From: Cyclobacteriaceae bacterium
GTDB taxonomy: Bacteria; Bacteroidota; Bacteroidia; Cytophagales; Cyclobacteriaceae
Length of the DNA: 64,000 nt
Reading direction: 5' to 3'
Assembly: GCA_049306095.1 (NCBI GenBank)
Contig: JBAQPU010000052.1
Coordinates: 15,360 to 79,359 of the forward strand
Position 1 is the stretch's first letter, and each line of letters starts with the position of its first letter. Both the position numbers and the translations under genes were made by a program. The notes under the pieces were generated by a model, which saw only the letters and a list, made by a program, of their open reading frames with translations, ran no database searches and was not told the origin of the DNA. Positions 1 through 9,088 of this stretch are shown here, piece after piece.

Positions 1-2136
1 CTCTTTTTCCTTTTTCTCGGCATCCTTCTTGGCATCTTCACTTGCATATTGTTTGATCGCAAATCCTTTTTGATCAGCAAACGAATTCAGGGCATTGGCC
101 ACCAGAATCAGTCTTCCCCCGCCTGTTACCCACTCACTGATTTTCCCAAGATAGGCTTCATCGAACAACCGGTAATATCCCTCCGGAACAACCAGCACAT
201 CAAATTTTTTCAGATCAACCGATTTTAAATAATCGGTTCCGATTTGCGTAATAGGATATTTTAACTGTTGCTCGAAGAAGTGCCAGATTTCACCGGCTGA
301 TAAAGACGAGGTTTGCTCACCAATCAAAACAGCAACTTTGGGCGCCTTCAGGTAGCTGACGTAGCCCGATCCAAAATCTTTACCGGTATCCACAAAACCG
401 GTGGTTGAAGTATAAATTTTCCGATCCATTTGTTTGGCAAGTGATTGAACCGTGTTATCAAAATTTGCAATGCTTTCATTGTTGCGTTGCGTGATGATCA
501 GCGTTCCCGCATCAAAATTTTCATTTGAAATTTTAAAGGCCTTCATGGCTGAACGTACCTTCACTCCTTTTTTCAGCAAGGCAGCTAAAAACTCAACATC
601 GCGTAAACTCTGGTAACGGAAGATGTAGGCATACGGCTTTGCAGCAACAGCAGCATTATCTGTCGGCTTGGGTTTGTATTCAGCTCCAACATTCATTCGT
701 TCATTTAAGGCATAGCCTTTCAAACTATAGGCATACATCAGGTTCCAGGCTGTGATGTCATACGTGGCGGAATCCGGTAGTTTCGACTGCGGCTCAAACA
801 AGGTTGTAATGAACCGCGACTTGGGTTGATAAATATTCACCACGATATCGTTGGTGGTAACGTTAACATTTTGCACCGTTTGTGTTGAGTAATCATACCC
901 CTTCGTTGCCTTTGCAGCAGCGGCATAACCATACTTTATTAAATGGCTGTCGAGCCAGCTTGCCAATTGCCTGATCTTATCGGCATTATTATCACCCTTG
1001 ATCACATACGTTTTGTATGGAGCAGCCGGATTATTGATGTTCTCTTTAAAATACTTTTCGAACTCATCAACAACTTTTGCTGCGTTTTGCGAAGCCGCTT
1101 CAACGGTAGAAATTCCCGCAGTGTGGTGGTGTGTCAGCCTGTCTTTCAGTGTAAGCGGGTCACCTTCCACGGTGGTAATTGACAATCCTCCACGACCGCT
1201 ACCCCCTTGTTCATAGGTCATCCCAATCGAACCATTATACGTTGGATACGTATCGCCATAACTGGGGTAATACAAATCGAAAACTTCTTTTGTAAAGTAT
1301 AACCAGCCCTGTGCATCAAAATATTTTGCGTGGTTCTTACCAATGGTTACCTGGAACTCTCGCTGCCAGGGGGTGATCACCTCATGATAAGGCTCTACCG
1401 CTGGCGCAAAATAATACGGCTCGTTGGGCCCTTGCTCATGGAAATCAACATGCACATGCGGAAGCCACTGATTGTAAACCTTGATCCGCTGTTGCGTTTC
1501 AATTTGTGTTTGCCAGGCCCAGTCGCGGTTCAAATCAAACAAATAGTGGTTGGCTCTTCCGCCAGGCCAGGGTTCGTGATGTTCTTTCGAATCTTGATCC
1601 GGATTGGGAGGAAAATTTCCATACTGATTATAAAAGTTTGCATAACGGTCACGTCCGTCCGGGTTAATACAAGGATCTAAAATAACAACCGTGTTCTTGA
1701 GTAACTGCTGAGATTTTGTGTTGGATGGATCTGCCAACTCGTGCAACGTTTTCATCGAAGCCTCCAGCGAGTTGGCTTCGTTACCGTGTACATTGTAGCT
1801 GAGCCAAACAATTGCGACTTTGGTTGAAGGAGTTCCCGGTTCCATGCCAGCTCTGCGCAAGTTATCCTTTCGGATTTGTTCCAGGTTAGCAAAGTTTTCA
1901 GGAGAGGCCACAATGGCGTACACCAATGGCCGGTGTTCATAGGTTTCACCATATGAAACCAAGTCAACATTTGGCATGGCATCCGCTACGTGCCTGAAGT
2001 ATTCCACGACCCGATGATGTCGGGTAAACCGGTCACCAAGTTCATAGCCTAAAAATTCTGCCGGACTTTGGAGCTTTTGCTGCGCGGAGGCAACCACGCT
2101 CAGTCCAATCAATAACGCGAGTATAATTCTTGACAT
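1..2136 (-). CDS. M14-family zinc carboxypeptidase, secreted; C-terminal end lies outside the window
   Basis: Missing from the ORF track because the frame runs off the window with no stop. My translation from ATG 2134-2136 gives MSRIILALLIGLSVVASAQQ (signal peptide). Motifs include 'YNVHGNEANS' (HxxE zinc ligands), 'NPDGRD' and 'DFHEQG'. The frame stays open down to position 1. Confidence 0.8.
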   Translation of the reverse strand, partial: MSRIILALLIGLSVVASAQQKLQSPAEFLGYELGDRFTRHHRVVEYFRHVADAMPNVDLVSYGETYEHRPLVYAIVASPENFANLEQIRKDNLRRAGMEPGTPSTKVAIVWLSYNVHGNEANSLEASMKTLHELADPSNTKSQQLLKNTVVILDPCINPDGRDRYANFYNQYGNFPPNPDQDSKEHHEPWPGGRANHYLFDLNRDWAWQTQIETQQRIKVYNQWLPHVHVDFHEQGPNEPYYFAPAVEPYHEVITPWQREFQVTIGKNHAKYFDAQGWLYFTKEVFDLYYPSYGDTYPTYNGSIGMTYEQGGSGRGGLSITTVEGDPLTLKDRLTHHHTAGISTVEAASQNAAKVVDEFEKYFKENINNPAAPYKTYVIKGDNNADKIRQLASWLDSHLIKYGYAAAAKATKGYDYSTQTVQNVNVTTNDIVVNIYQPKSRFITTLFEPQSKLPDSATYDITAWNLMYAYSLKGYALNERMNVGAEYKPKPTDNAAVAAKPYAYIFRYQSLRDVEFLAALLKKGVKVRSAMKAFKISNENFDAGTLIITQRNNESIANFDNTVQSLAKQMDRKIYTSTTGFVDTGKDFGSGYVSYLKAPKVAVLIGEQTSSLSAGEIWHFFEQQLKYPITQIGTDYLKSVDLKKFDVLVVPEGYYRLFDEAYLGKISEWVTGGGRLILVANALNSFADQKGFAIKQYASEDAKKDAEKKEKE

Positions 2137-2205
2137 ATCTATTTGTTTGAATGAGAAAGTTAACCTGAAATTTATAATTCGCCCCTGTTCATCACATGAA
2201 TCGTG

Positions 2206-2739
2206 TTATTCCTGATTTAAAAGGCGTTTGATCTGAGGTAAGTGGTGATGAATGTGTTCTTTGAAAAAAATCATAGCCTGCCGGGCATCAAAACGGCCCG
2301 CTATCACATGTCTGTAAATAAGCTTTTTGATATTCTTCTCCTGAATCCCCTCTACGAAATTTTTTAAGTCGGCACGATGCGCCTCCCAGCGAACGGTTAA
2401 CTCGGCCAGGGGAAGGGCCGCAGGTGTATGATCCACTACTACCGAGGGTGCTTTATACTTAATCGCAGGAATTCGTTGCGACACCATGAGAACCAGCAAT
2501 CGAACAGATGCCCCCACGCCAGCGTTTTTCAGTTGATCGATACCCAGCGCTTTCTTTTTCATGTATTGCAACGACAATTGCTCCGCCACCAAAATGTGTG
2601 TTAGCACCTGACTGATTGACCACTTGCCCGGTGCGGGAGAGCGGTTATATATTTCCGGTGTTAACCCTTTTACCTGACTGAGAATATCTAGGCGTTGCCG
2701 CTCTAGTTGATTGTATATTGTTTGAAAGGATTGATTCAA
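2206..2739 (-). CDS. DinB-family (DinB/YfiT-like) protein
   Basis: 177-aa ORF of typical DinB size with a candidate His triad ('VLTHILVAEQ', 'HRADL', 'HIHHHLPQI'). The apparent start is TTG at 2737-2739. Confidence 0.65.
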   Translation of the reverse strand: MNQSFQTIYNQLERQRLDILSQVKGLTPEIYNRSPAPGKWSISQVLTHILVAEQLSLQYMKKKALGIDQLKNAGVGASVRLLVLMVSQRIPAIKYKAPSVVVDHTPAALPLAELTVRWEAHRADLKNFVEGIQEKNIKKLIYRHVIAGRFDARQAMIFFKEHIHHHLPQIKRLLNQE

Positions 2740-2777
2740 AAAGATTCGTTTTTTAAAAGTACCTCATGGTTCAGGAA

Positions 2778-3686
2778 TTAACAAAGAAATTTGATTTGCG
2801 TGGGAAGAATCTTTACGGTGGCGGGAAGAAATCCAAGCAGTTCACCATCTGCTTCAATCCGGCAAGGCTCTTCGGAAGTCAGTTCAACATGCGTTAACGT
2901 TGAATACACAACTTTCGGATGATCAATTACTTTTTCGTTTTTCAGATGGCCGGTATAACGAATGAACTCCAAAACGGAAACATCTCCGCACACAAACGAT
3001 GAAAACAATCCATCAGCCGGATGGGCACCGGGCGCAATGCATAAACCATGACCGTAGAATTTTCCATTGGCGATGGCTACCGTTCGAAGCTTGTCTTCCC
3101 ATGCCCAGTCGGCCGTTTTGATTTTCACCTTCATGGGTTTATACGAAAAAAAAGTGGACAGAATTGCCCAATAATAGGCGAAGCTTGAACTGAACAGCCG
3201 ATCTCCCTGGGTCATCCGGCTAACTACTTCCGGCCCCATACCGGCATCCACAACGTTAAGGAAGTAAGCCACTCCTGACTGCTGATCCTCCTTCCGGTAC
3301 CAGACTTTTCCAACATCAACCATCTGAACCTGATTGTTGATCAGCTTATCGCGTAGGACAAGCACATCCGTAGTTACCTTCATGGTGCTTGCAAAATCAT
3401 TTCCGCTTCCGATCGGTATTACTCCCAGCACTGGCAGTGAAGCAGCTCCTTCGCGGTTCTGCAAAGCACCATTCAATACCTGATTCAGGGTGCCATCACC
3501 TCCTGCCGCTAATAAAAAATCATACTGCTTCTGTGCAGCCTTCGATGCCAAACCTGTGGCATCGCCTTTGGTTCGTGTTTCGAAAACTTCAACCTGAAAC
3601 AGGGTAGACAATGCGGGAACAACATGGTTGTAGAACCATTTTTTTCTGAGTGAAATGCCGTTTAGAATAATGGCAACTTGCTTCAC
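2778..3686 (-). CDS. Diacylglycerol/lipid kinase, YegS/BmrU family
   Basis: 302-aa ORF with DAGK catalytic-domain motifs 'AAGGDGTLNQV' and 'IPIGSGNDFA'. GTG start, 3 nt after the stop of the upstream TPR gene. Confidence 0.8.
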   Translation of the reverse strand: MKQVAIILNGISLRKKWFYNHVVPALSTLFQVEVFETRTKGDATGLASKAAQKQYDFLLAAGGDGTLNQVLNGALQNREGAASLPVLGVIPIGSGNDFASTMKVTTDVLVLRDKLINNQVQMVDVGKVWYRKEDQQSGVAYFLNVVDAGMGPEVVSRMTQGDRLFSSSFAYYWAILSTFFSYKPMKVKIKTADWAWEDKLRTVAIANGKFYGHGLCIAPGAHPADGLFSSFVCGDVSVLEFIRYTGHLKNEKVIDHPKVVYSTLTHVELTSEEPCRIEADGELLGFLPATVKILPTQIKFLC

Positions 3687-3689
3687 ATC

Positions 3690-4802
3690 TTATTTGCAGC
3701 TTTTTTTTATCGCGGCCTTTGCTTCGGTAGACCCCAACTCTTCAGCGGTTTTGAAATCAAGACACGCATCATACTTGTTATTCATGGCAAGTTTCACCAA
3801 CCCCCGCTGATAATAGGTTTCGGGATCGTTCGGATACAATTCAATAGACGAAGTATAATCTTCAATAGCCCCATTGTAATCTTCCTTTTCGGTACGGCTT
3901 AACGCCCGATTATCATAGTAAACAGGGTTTGTTCCGTCTAATTCGATTGCCTTTGAATAATCGGCAATCGCTCCTTCCTGATCTTCGAGGTTAAATTTTA
4001 CAACTCCCCTCAGGTTATAGGTTTCGGGTTCCTCAGGATTCAATTCAATGGCTTTATTATAATCTTCCAACGATCCCTTAAAGTCCTCTTTCGCATTTTT
4101 TGCCAGGGCACGGTTTTCATACTTCAGCGGATCTTTCGGATCAAGTTTGATGGCTTCGTTATAATCGGCAATGGCATTGTCAAAGTTGCTGATGTTATAA
4201 AAGGCCACCCCGCGGTAGTTATACAAACTCGCATCGGCTTTATCCAACTCAATGGCTTTTGAGTAATCATCTACCGCACTTACAAATTCTCCAAGCTCAG
4301 ACTTTACCACACCCCTGTTAAAGTATTTGTCGGCATCGACCGGGCCCAGTTCAAGGGCTTTTGAAAAATCGAAATACGCATTTTGAAAATCTTCCAGGTT
4401 ATATTTCGAAAGGCCGCGGTTTGTATAGGCGTCAGTGAATTTGGGATTAAACCGGATGGCTTTATCGAAATCAAGAATAGCACCTTCATCATCGCCCAAA
4501 GCTGCTTTTGCTGTTCCGCGGTGATTAAGCGCTTCGGCAAAAGTTGAGTCAATTTCAATGGCATAGGTAAAATCGCCAATCGCTCCATAAAAATCTTCCA
4601 ACCCCATACGAGCCTGGCCACTCAGGTTCAGCGCCAGTTTATTTTTTGGATTACCGGCTATGAGTTTTGAAACGTCTGTCTTGGCTCCTGAAAAATCTCC
4701 CGATGAAATTTTCTTCTTAATGCCATCCAGGGCATCTTGTGCATAGCTGCCGATGGTCAATAAAAAAAATATGAGAAGGGCTGCTGATTTAATCCGCATC
4801 AT
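3690..4802 (-). CDS. Secreted tetratricopeptide (TPR) repeat protein
   Basis: I trimmed ORF 3690..4820 to ATG 4802, which gives the signal peptide MMRIKSAALLIFFLLTIGSYAQ. It contains about nine tandem 34-aa units with a recurring 'A(I/L)xD(Y/F)xKAIELxP' pattern. Confidence 0.8.
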   Translation of the reverse strand: MMRIKSAALLIFFLLTIGSYAQDALDGIKKKISSGDFSGAKTDVSKLIAGNPKNKLALNLSGQARMGLEDFYGAIGDFTYAIEIDSTFAEALNHRGTAKAALGDDEGAILDFDKAIRFNPKFTDAYTNRGLSKYNLEDFQNAYFDFSKALELGPVDADKYFNRGVVKSELGEFVSAVDDYSKAIELDKADASLYNYRGVAFYNISNFDNAIADYNEAIKLDPKDPLKYENRALAKNAKEDFKGSLEDYNKAIELNPEEPETYNLRGVVKFNLEDQEGAIADYSKAIELDGTNPVYYDNRALSRTEKEDYNGAIEDYTSSIELYPNDPETYYQRGLVKLAMNNKYDACLDFKTAEELGSTEAKAAIKKSCK

Positions 4803-4859
4803 CGAAGTGGGTTTTGGCAAGCCAAGGTATGAAAAATTGCAAAATGGTTTGCAGTGGCC

Positions 4860-4894
4860 AAAAAAAGACCCCGGCCACTAACCATGTGCCGGGG
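4860..4894 (-). terminator. Intrinsic terminator downstream of the WXXGXW-repeat gene
   Basis: The minus strand reads CCCCGGC-acatggttagtg-GCCGGGG followed by TCTTTTTTT. Confidence 0.65.
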
Positions 4895-4942
4895 TAACCA
4901 ACCCAATTAACAACGAGCTAAAAAATTATGACCCGTAAAAAA

Positions 4943-5233
4943 TTATGACCAATGCCCGGGAACGTACTTCCATCCGCCCCGCGCGGCACGCCAGTGACCA
5001 TCTACCCAAACAGCACCGTGCCTGTGTGGCCTGGCCCAATGGCCATCAACCCACACATAATCCCGTGTTTTCCTGTTCCACTTCCACGAACCACCCACCC
5101 AAACATGGCCCGGTGCCGGACATGCCGGTTTCACAACCACAGGCGCAACAGGCCTAACCTTTACAACAACCTGAGCGTGCGAAGCAAACGAAACAAAAAC
5201 AGCTATAACCGTTAAAACTATTATCCTTTTCAT
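4943..5233 (-). CDS. Small secreted WXXGXW/YXWGXW-repeat protein
   Basis: 96 aa with signal peptide MKRIIVLTVIAVFVSFASHAQ, followed by repeated 'VWV(G/D)G(S/H)W' units such as HVWVGGSW, YVWVDGHW, AVWVDGHW and YVPGHW. Confidence 0.7.
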   Translation of the reverse strand: MKRIIVLTVIAVFVSFASHAQVVVKVRPVAPVVVKPACPAPGHVWVGGSWKWNRKTRDYVWVDGHWARPHRHGAVWVDGHWRAARGGWKYVPGHWS

Positions 5234-5344
5234 ATCGAAGTGATTTTGGTTATTTAGATGCCGGCAACAATAAAAGGTTTAATCATGAATAAATTTTTTA
5301 TAACCCTCCACGCATATTCAACATTCACCACAAAAAACAGGTAT

Positions 5345-6451
5345 ATGAAATATTGGTTTGCCGCCATTCTCCTGTTGAGTATGTCTATACCGACTCTCGC
5401 TCAGAAGAATCAAAAAATGGATTTTGAAGCATACGATCCGCCATCAACTCTTATTGTGCCGGAGCACAAACTAACAGGAGCCAAATTTCCTTTTATTGAT
5501 GTGCACAGCCATCAGTGGAACATGACATCACCACAAACGCTTGATCAGTTAATTGCTGAAATGCAAAAACTTAACATGGCCGTGATGGTAAACCTGAGTG
5601 GTCGCGGGTTCAGACAAGGGGCCGATTACCTGGAGAAGTCGTTAGAGAATATCAAAAAACATCAACCAAAACGTTTTGTCACCTTTACCAATGTTGATTT
5701 CAGCGCCATTGATGATCCAGAATGGCAGGGGAGAATGCTCAAACAACTGGAGGAGGATGTAAAAAGAGGAGCACAAGGATTAAAAATTTATAAAAGCCTT
5801 GGTATGCGTGATCAGGATAAGAACGGTAATAGAATTCGGGTTGATGATCCCCGCATTGATCCGATCTGGGACAAGTGCGGAGAACTTGGAATTCCGGTGC
5901 TCATTCATTCAGCCGATCCAAAATCTTTCTGGAGCCCGATGGACTCTACCAACGAACGGTGGCTGGAGTTAAAAACACATGAGGGGCGTCAACGAAGTGA
6001 TACCGACCCTGCACCGTGGGAACAAATCATTCAGGAACAACACAACATGTTCAGGAAACATCCAAAAACAAAATTCATTAACGCTCACATGGGCTGGTAC
6101 CCCAACAACCTTGCGTACCTTGGAAAGCTGCTCAATGAAATGCCCAACATGTATGTAGAGATTGGTGCCGTGATTGCTGAGCTTGGCAGGCAGCCTCGCA
6201 CAGCCCGCGATTTTATGATTAAATATCAGGATCGTGTGTTATTCGGAAAAGACTCGTGGCAACCGGAGGAATATGTAACCTATTTCAGGGTACTGGAAAC
6301 TTCGGATGAATATTTTCCTTACCACAAACGCTACCACGCCTTTTGGCGGATGTATGGCCTGGAACTTCCGGATGAAGTCCTTAAAAAAATTTATTATAAA
6401 AACGCCTTGAAGATTATTCCTGGAATTGATGCCAGTCAGTTTCCGAAATAA
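5345..6451 (+). CDS. Metal-dependent amidohydrolase-family protein, secreted or periplasmic
   Basis: I trimmed ORF 5258..6451 to ATG 5345 (MKYWFAAILLLSMSIPTLAQ signal peptide). It shows an amidohydrolase-like pattern: 'FIDVHSHQW' (HxH), 'VLIHSADP', 'INAHMGW' and 'FGKDSW'. Confidence 0.65.
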   Translation: MKYWFAAILLLSMSIPTLAQKNQKMDFEAYDPPSTLIVPEHKLTGAKFPFIDVHSHQWNMTSPQTLDQLIAEMQKLNMAVMVNLSGRGFRQGADYLEKSLENIKKHQPKRFVTFTNVDFSAIDDPEWQGRMLKQLEEDVKRGAQGLKIYKSLGMRDQDKNGNRIRVDDPRIDPIWDKCGELGIPVLIHSADPKSFWSPMDSTNERWLELKTHEGRQRSDTDPAPWEQIIQEQHNMFRKHPKTKFINAHMGWYPNNLAYLGKLLNEMPNMYVEIGAVIAELGRQPRTARDFMIKYQDRVLFGKDSWQPEEYVTYFRVLETSDEYFPYHKRYHAFWRMYGLELPDEVLKKIYYKNALKIIPGIDASQFPK

Positions 6452-6533
6452 GAGATAAAGGGATAAGGAAATAAGGAGATAAAATAATAAGGTTGTCTAA
6501 CCCTTTACCCCCATACCCTATACCTTAAACCCT

Positions 6534-6541
6534 TAACTTTG
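6534..6541 (+). promoter_or_regulatory. Candidate Bacteroidetes -7 promoter box (TAACTTTG), 4 nt before the nitroreductase ATG
   Basis: Matches the TAnnTTTG consensus. The sequence reads TAACTTTG-aacc-ATG. I saw no -33 TTG at the expected spacing. Confidence 0.35.
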
Positions 6542-6545
6542 AACC

Positions 6546-7127
6546 ATGAATCCAACTGAATTGAATGCTCTGATCAAATCCAGGCGCTCTGTTTTTCCGA
6601 AAGATTACACCGGAGAAAATGTTGATGACGCTATTGTTCAGCAAATGCTGGAGAATGCCAACTGGGCTCCCACGCATAAACGTACTGAACCCTGGCGGTT
6701 TATTGTTTACACCGGTGAGGGTAGAAAAAAATTAGCCGAGCTTCAGGCCGCTGTCTATAAAAAGAAAACATCGGCAGACGGAACGTTTAAAGAAGAACGA
6801 TATCAGAACCTTCTGATCAAACCTTTTGAATCATCGCACACAATTTTGATATACATGAAACGCGACCTGAACAAATCGCTTCCCGAAATTGAAGAGATGG
6901 GGGCTGTATTTTGTGCTGTTCAAAACATGTACCTCACGGCTACTGCGTACGGGGTAGGATGTTACCTGAGTACAGGTGGTGTTACTTTTTTTGAAGAGGC
7001 TAACGAAGCCTTTGGGTTGGCCCCTCACGATAAAATTGTTGGCTTTTTAAATGTAGGTATTCCAAAACACCACAACCAGGTAAGCAGAAGAAACCCGGTT
7101 GAAGAAAAGGTAGCGTGGGTGAAGTAA
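6546..7127 (+). CDS. Nitroreductase-family protein
   Basis: 193 aa with nitroreductase-fold hallmarks 'RRSVFPKDY' and 'WAPTHKRTEPWRF'. Confidence 0.85.
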   Translation: MNPTELNALIKSRRSVFPKDYTGENVDDAIVQQMLENANWAPTHKRTEPWRFIVYTGEGRKKLAELQAAVYKKKTSADGTFKEERYQNLLIKPFESSHTILIYMKRDLNKSLPEIEEMGAVFCAVQNMYLTATAYGVGCYLSTGGVTFFEEANEAFGLAPHDKIVGFLNVGIPKHHNQVSRRNPVEEKVAWVK

Positions 7128-7149
7128 AGTCGCCACCTAAGTGACGACT
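7128..7149. terminator. Hairpin between convergent genes; weak terminator candidate
   Basis: AGTCGCCAC-ctaa-GTGACGACT with one mismatch. It starts right after the nitroreductase stop. Only a short U-run follows on the minus strand (TTTAC) and none on the plus strand. Confidence 0.35.
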
Positions 7150-7177
7150 AAAAATCAACAACTGAGGAATTTAAACT

Positions 7178-7783
7178 TTACTGCGCAATGGCAATGATCT
7201 TCTCTAATGGAATGGCACTTGCCAGTTTCGTAATTTCCGCTTCAGAGATGTTGCCATCGTAGTGCAACGTGAGCATGGAATTACCAAAGGGCGTTTGAAC
7301 ATCGTAGCCGGTTGTCTGACCGTTCTCATCGCTTTGCTTTGTTAACAGTGTTTTGTAGCCCTGCACTTTAATCACCTTCTGGGAGCCATCACCCGTATTC
7401 ATAATCATTGGCATGGCGAGAATCGCATTGATGCCCGCCATCATGGGGGAGTCACTCACGATATCAATGTTCGCGTTTTTTCCTTCCGCGGTGCCGTATG
7501 TGCGATGCACAAACAACCCTGCAAAGCTCGATGACATACCCGTAACATTGTCATCCTTTTGATTGTACGCTAACCCGCCAAGCGAAGTTGGCAACACTTT
7601 CATTACTTCTTTACCAATAGCAATATCTACTTCGCGCAAGGCGTTTTCCAGATTGAAACGCGTGTCTTCCAGGTTGCCTGATGCATACGCAGATTTTGCA
7701 CCGGAAATGCTTGCATTAAAATCCTGTGCCATAACAACGGTGCAAACGCCAATGGTTAGTATCGATAAAATCAAATTTTTCAT
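7178..7783 (-). CDS. Secreted protein of unknown function; paralogue of 7796..8578
   Basis: 201 aa with signal peptide MKNLILSILTIGVCTVVMAQ. It aligns by eye with the neighbouring gene, for example 'YASGNLEDTRFNLENALREVDIAIGKEVMKVLPTSLGGL' against 'FKTGNYSEARYAIKQAMLGVEMEIGKNVLKSLPETVTGL'. Confidence 0.6.
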   Translation of the reverse strand: MKNLILSILTIGVCTVVMAQDFNASISGAKSAYASGNLEDTRFNLENALREVDIAIGKEVMKVLPTSLGGLAYNQKDDNVTGMSSSFAGLFVHRTYGTAEGKNANIDIVSDSPMMAGINAILAMPMIMNTGDGSQKVIKVQGYKTLLTKQSDENGQTTGYDVQTPFGNSMLTLHYDGNISEAEITKLASAIPLEKIIAIAQ

Positions 7784-7795
7784 AAATGCCGATGT

Positions 7796-8578
7796 TTACT
7801 TTTCTCCCAATGTTTTCTTTATTCCATCAATATCAAATGCGCTTGCAGCATTCATCATTTCTTGTTCAGATGTGAAGTTCACGCCTTCCCAAACAATCAA
7901 CGATGATTGGCCAATAGGAACGCTCAGTTTGTAACCCGAGGCATCACTGTATTCGATGATGCCCTTGTACCCTTTCACTTTTGTTTGCTTCCAGTTTTGT
8001 TCCGTGCTGGTAGAGGCATAATTCGCATTGGCCATGTATGCATTGTAAGCCGACATCCAGGCAGAATTATTGGCGATGTCAATCCGCAGTTGCTTATCTC
8101 CGTTTTCATATTCGCGGTGAATGGTGAGTCCAACCCAACCGGCACCCATGCTGGTAACCTGATCGGCCTCAGCATCCTTCTTTAATCCTGTTACCGTTTC
8201 AGGTAATGATTTCAACACGTTCTTTCCAATTTCCATCTCCACTCCCAGCATGGCTTGCTTAATGGCATATCGCGCCTCTGAATAATTTCCTGTTTTAAAA
8301 GAGGTTTCTGCATCGGCCATGTTCTGCTTTACATCAGGCGGGGTCATTACTAGTCCGCCACCACCTTTATTAGCAGGGTCGCCCGTATTCCCGGTGTTCC
8401 CTGTATTTTGATTGGTGCTCTGATTTGTCCCTGATTTCGGATTTACTTTTTTCTCAATAGCTTTCTCTCCGGCTTCCGCTGCCTTTTGTTTGAGCTTGCC
8501 CAAAACTCCCTGGGCCTGGCCAGCCATTGAAACGCATAGCAAAACTGCTACCGCTGCAAATACTCTGTGCTTTGTCAT
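7796..8578 (-). CDS. Secreted protein of unknown function; paralogue of 7178..7783 with an added N/Q/G/T-rich linker
   Basis: I trimmed ORF 7796..8635 to ATG 8578 (MTKHRVFAAVAVLLCVSMAGQAQ signal peptide). It carries a low-complexity stretch 'GTNQSTNQNTGNTGNTGDPANKGGGG', then a region homologous to its neighbour. Confidence 0.6.
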   Translation of the reverse strand: MTKHRVFAAVAVLLCVSMAGQAQGVLGKLKQKAAEAGEKAIEKKVNPKSGTNQSTNQNTGNTGNTGDPANKGGGGLVMTPPDVKQNMADAETSFKTGNYSEARYAIKQAMLGVEMEIGKNVLKSLPETVTGLKKDAEADQVTSMGAGWVGLTIHREYENGDKQLRIDIANNSAWMSAYNAYMANANYASTSTEQNWKQTKVKGYKGIIEYSDASGYKLSVPIGQSSLIVWEGVNFTSEQEMMNAASAFDIDGIKKTLGEK

Positions 8579-8665
8579 GATTAAGGTTTTTTTAAGGATA
8601 TTAAAGGTACAAGAAAAAACTTCCGGTTTTTTCAAAAGCAGAGTTAATTATCCGAATTTAATCGA

Positions 8666-9088
8666 ATGAAAAAACCTCTTCAAATTCCCTACCGTTTTGT
8701 GCTGGACGAACTCGACTCCCTTAACCCGCGCACCAATCCTATGTTTGGATGTGTTGGGGTTTACATTGGCGAGAAAATAGTATTAGCCCTGCGCTGTAAA
8801 GACTCACACACAGATGACAACGGTGTTTGGATCGCCACAAAAGCTGAACACCACGAGAGCCTTAAAAAAATCCTGCCTTCGATGCGTTCTATTGATGTGT
8901 TGGGTGGCGGAAGCCCAACCAACTGGCAAATAATACCCGAGCACACTGATGATTTTGAAGCGCTGGCTATTAAAGTTTGCGCTCTCATTAAAAAAGGAGA
9001 TGAGCGTATTGGCAACATCCCCAAAGCAAAAAAGAAGAAAGTAAAAAAGGTCATCAGCAAAAAAACACCGCCCAACAGGAGTCGCTAG
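8666..9088 (+). CDS. Hypothetical protein, possibly TfoX-N-like fold, with a Lys-rich tail
   Basis: 140 aa. 'PMFGCVGVYIGEKIVLALR...GVWIATKAEHHESL' resembles the MFGGxGxYxxGxxFA pattern of TfoX N-terminal domains. The tail reads KAKKKKVKKVISKK. The family call is tentative. Confidence 0.4.
   Translation: MKKPLQIPYRFVLDELDSLNPRTNPMFGCVGVYIGEKIVLALRCKDSHTDDNGVWIATKAEHHESLKKILPSMRSIDVLGGGSPTNWQIIPEHTDDFEALAIKVCALIKKGDERIGNIPKAKKKKVKKVISKKTPPNRSR

Noticed and set aside
4921-4950. 13-bp direct repeat AAAAATTATGACC x2 that overlaps the stop codon of the WXXGXW gene
   Set aside because: It is a very short local duplication of the gene's 3' end and is consistent with slippage. No functional signal can be argued from the sequence.
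6452-6545. Strand-asymmetric tract: a purine-rich GAGATAAAGGGATAAGGAAATAAGGAGATAAAATAATAAGG followed by a pyrimidine-rich CCCTTTACCCCCATACCCTATACCTTAAACCCTTAAC. I considered a structured RNA or a long terminator hairpin.
   Set aside because: The two halves pair only patchily (AAGGG/CCCTT, TAAGG/CCTTA), no U-run follows, and it matches no RNA family I recognise. It may simply be a low-complexity spacer.
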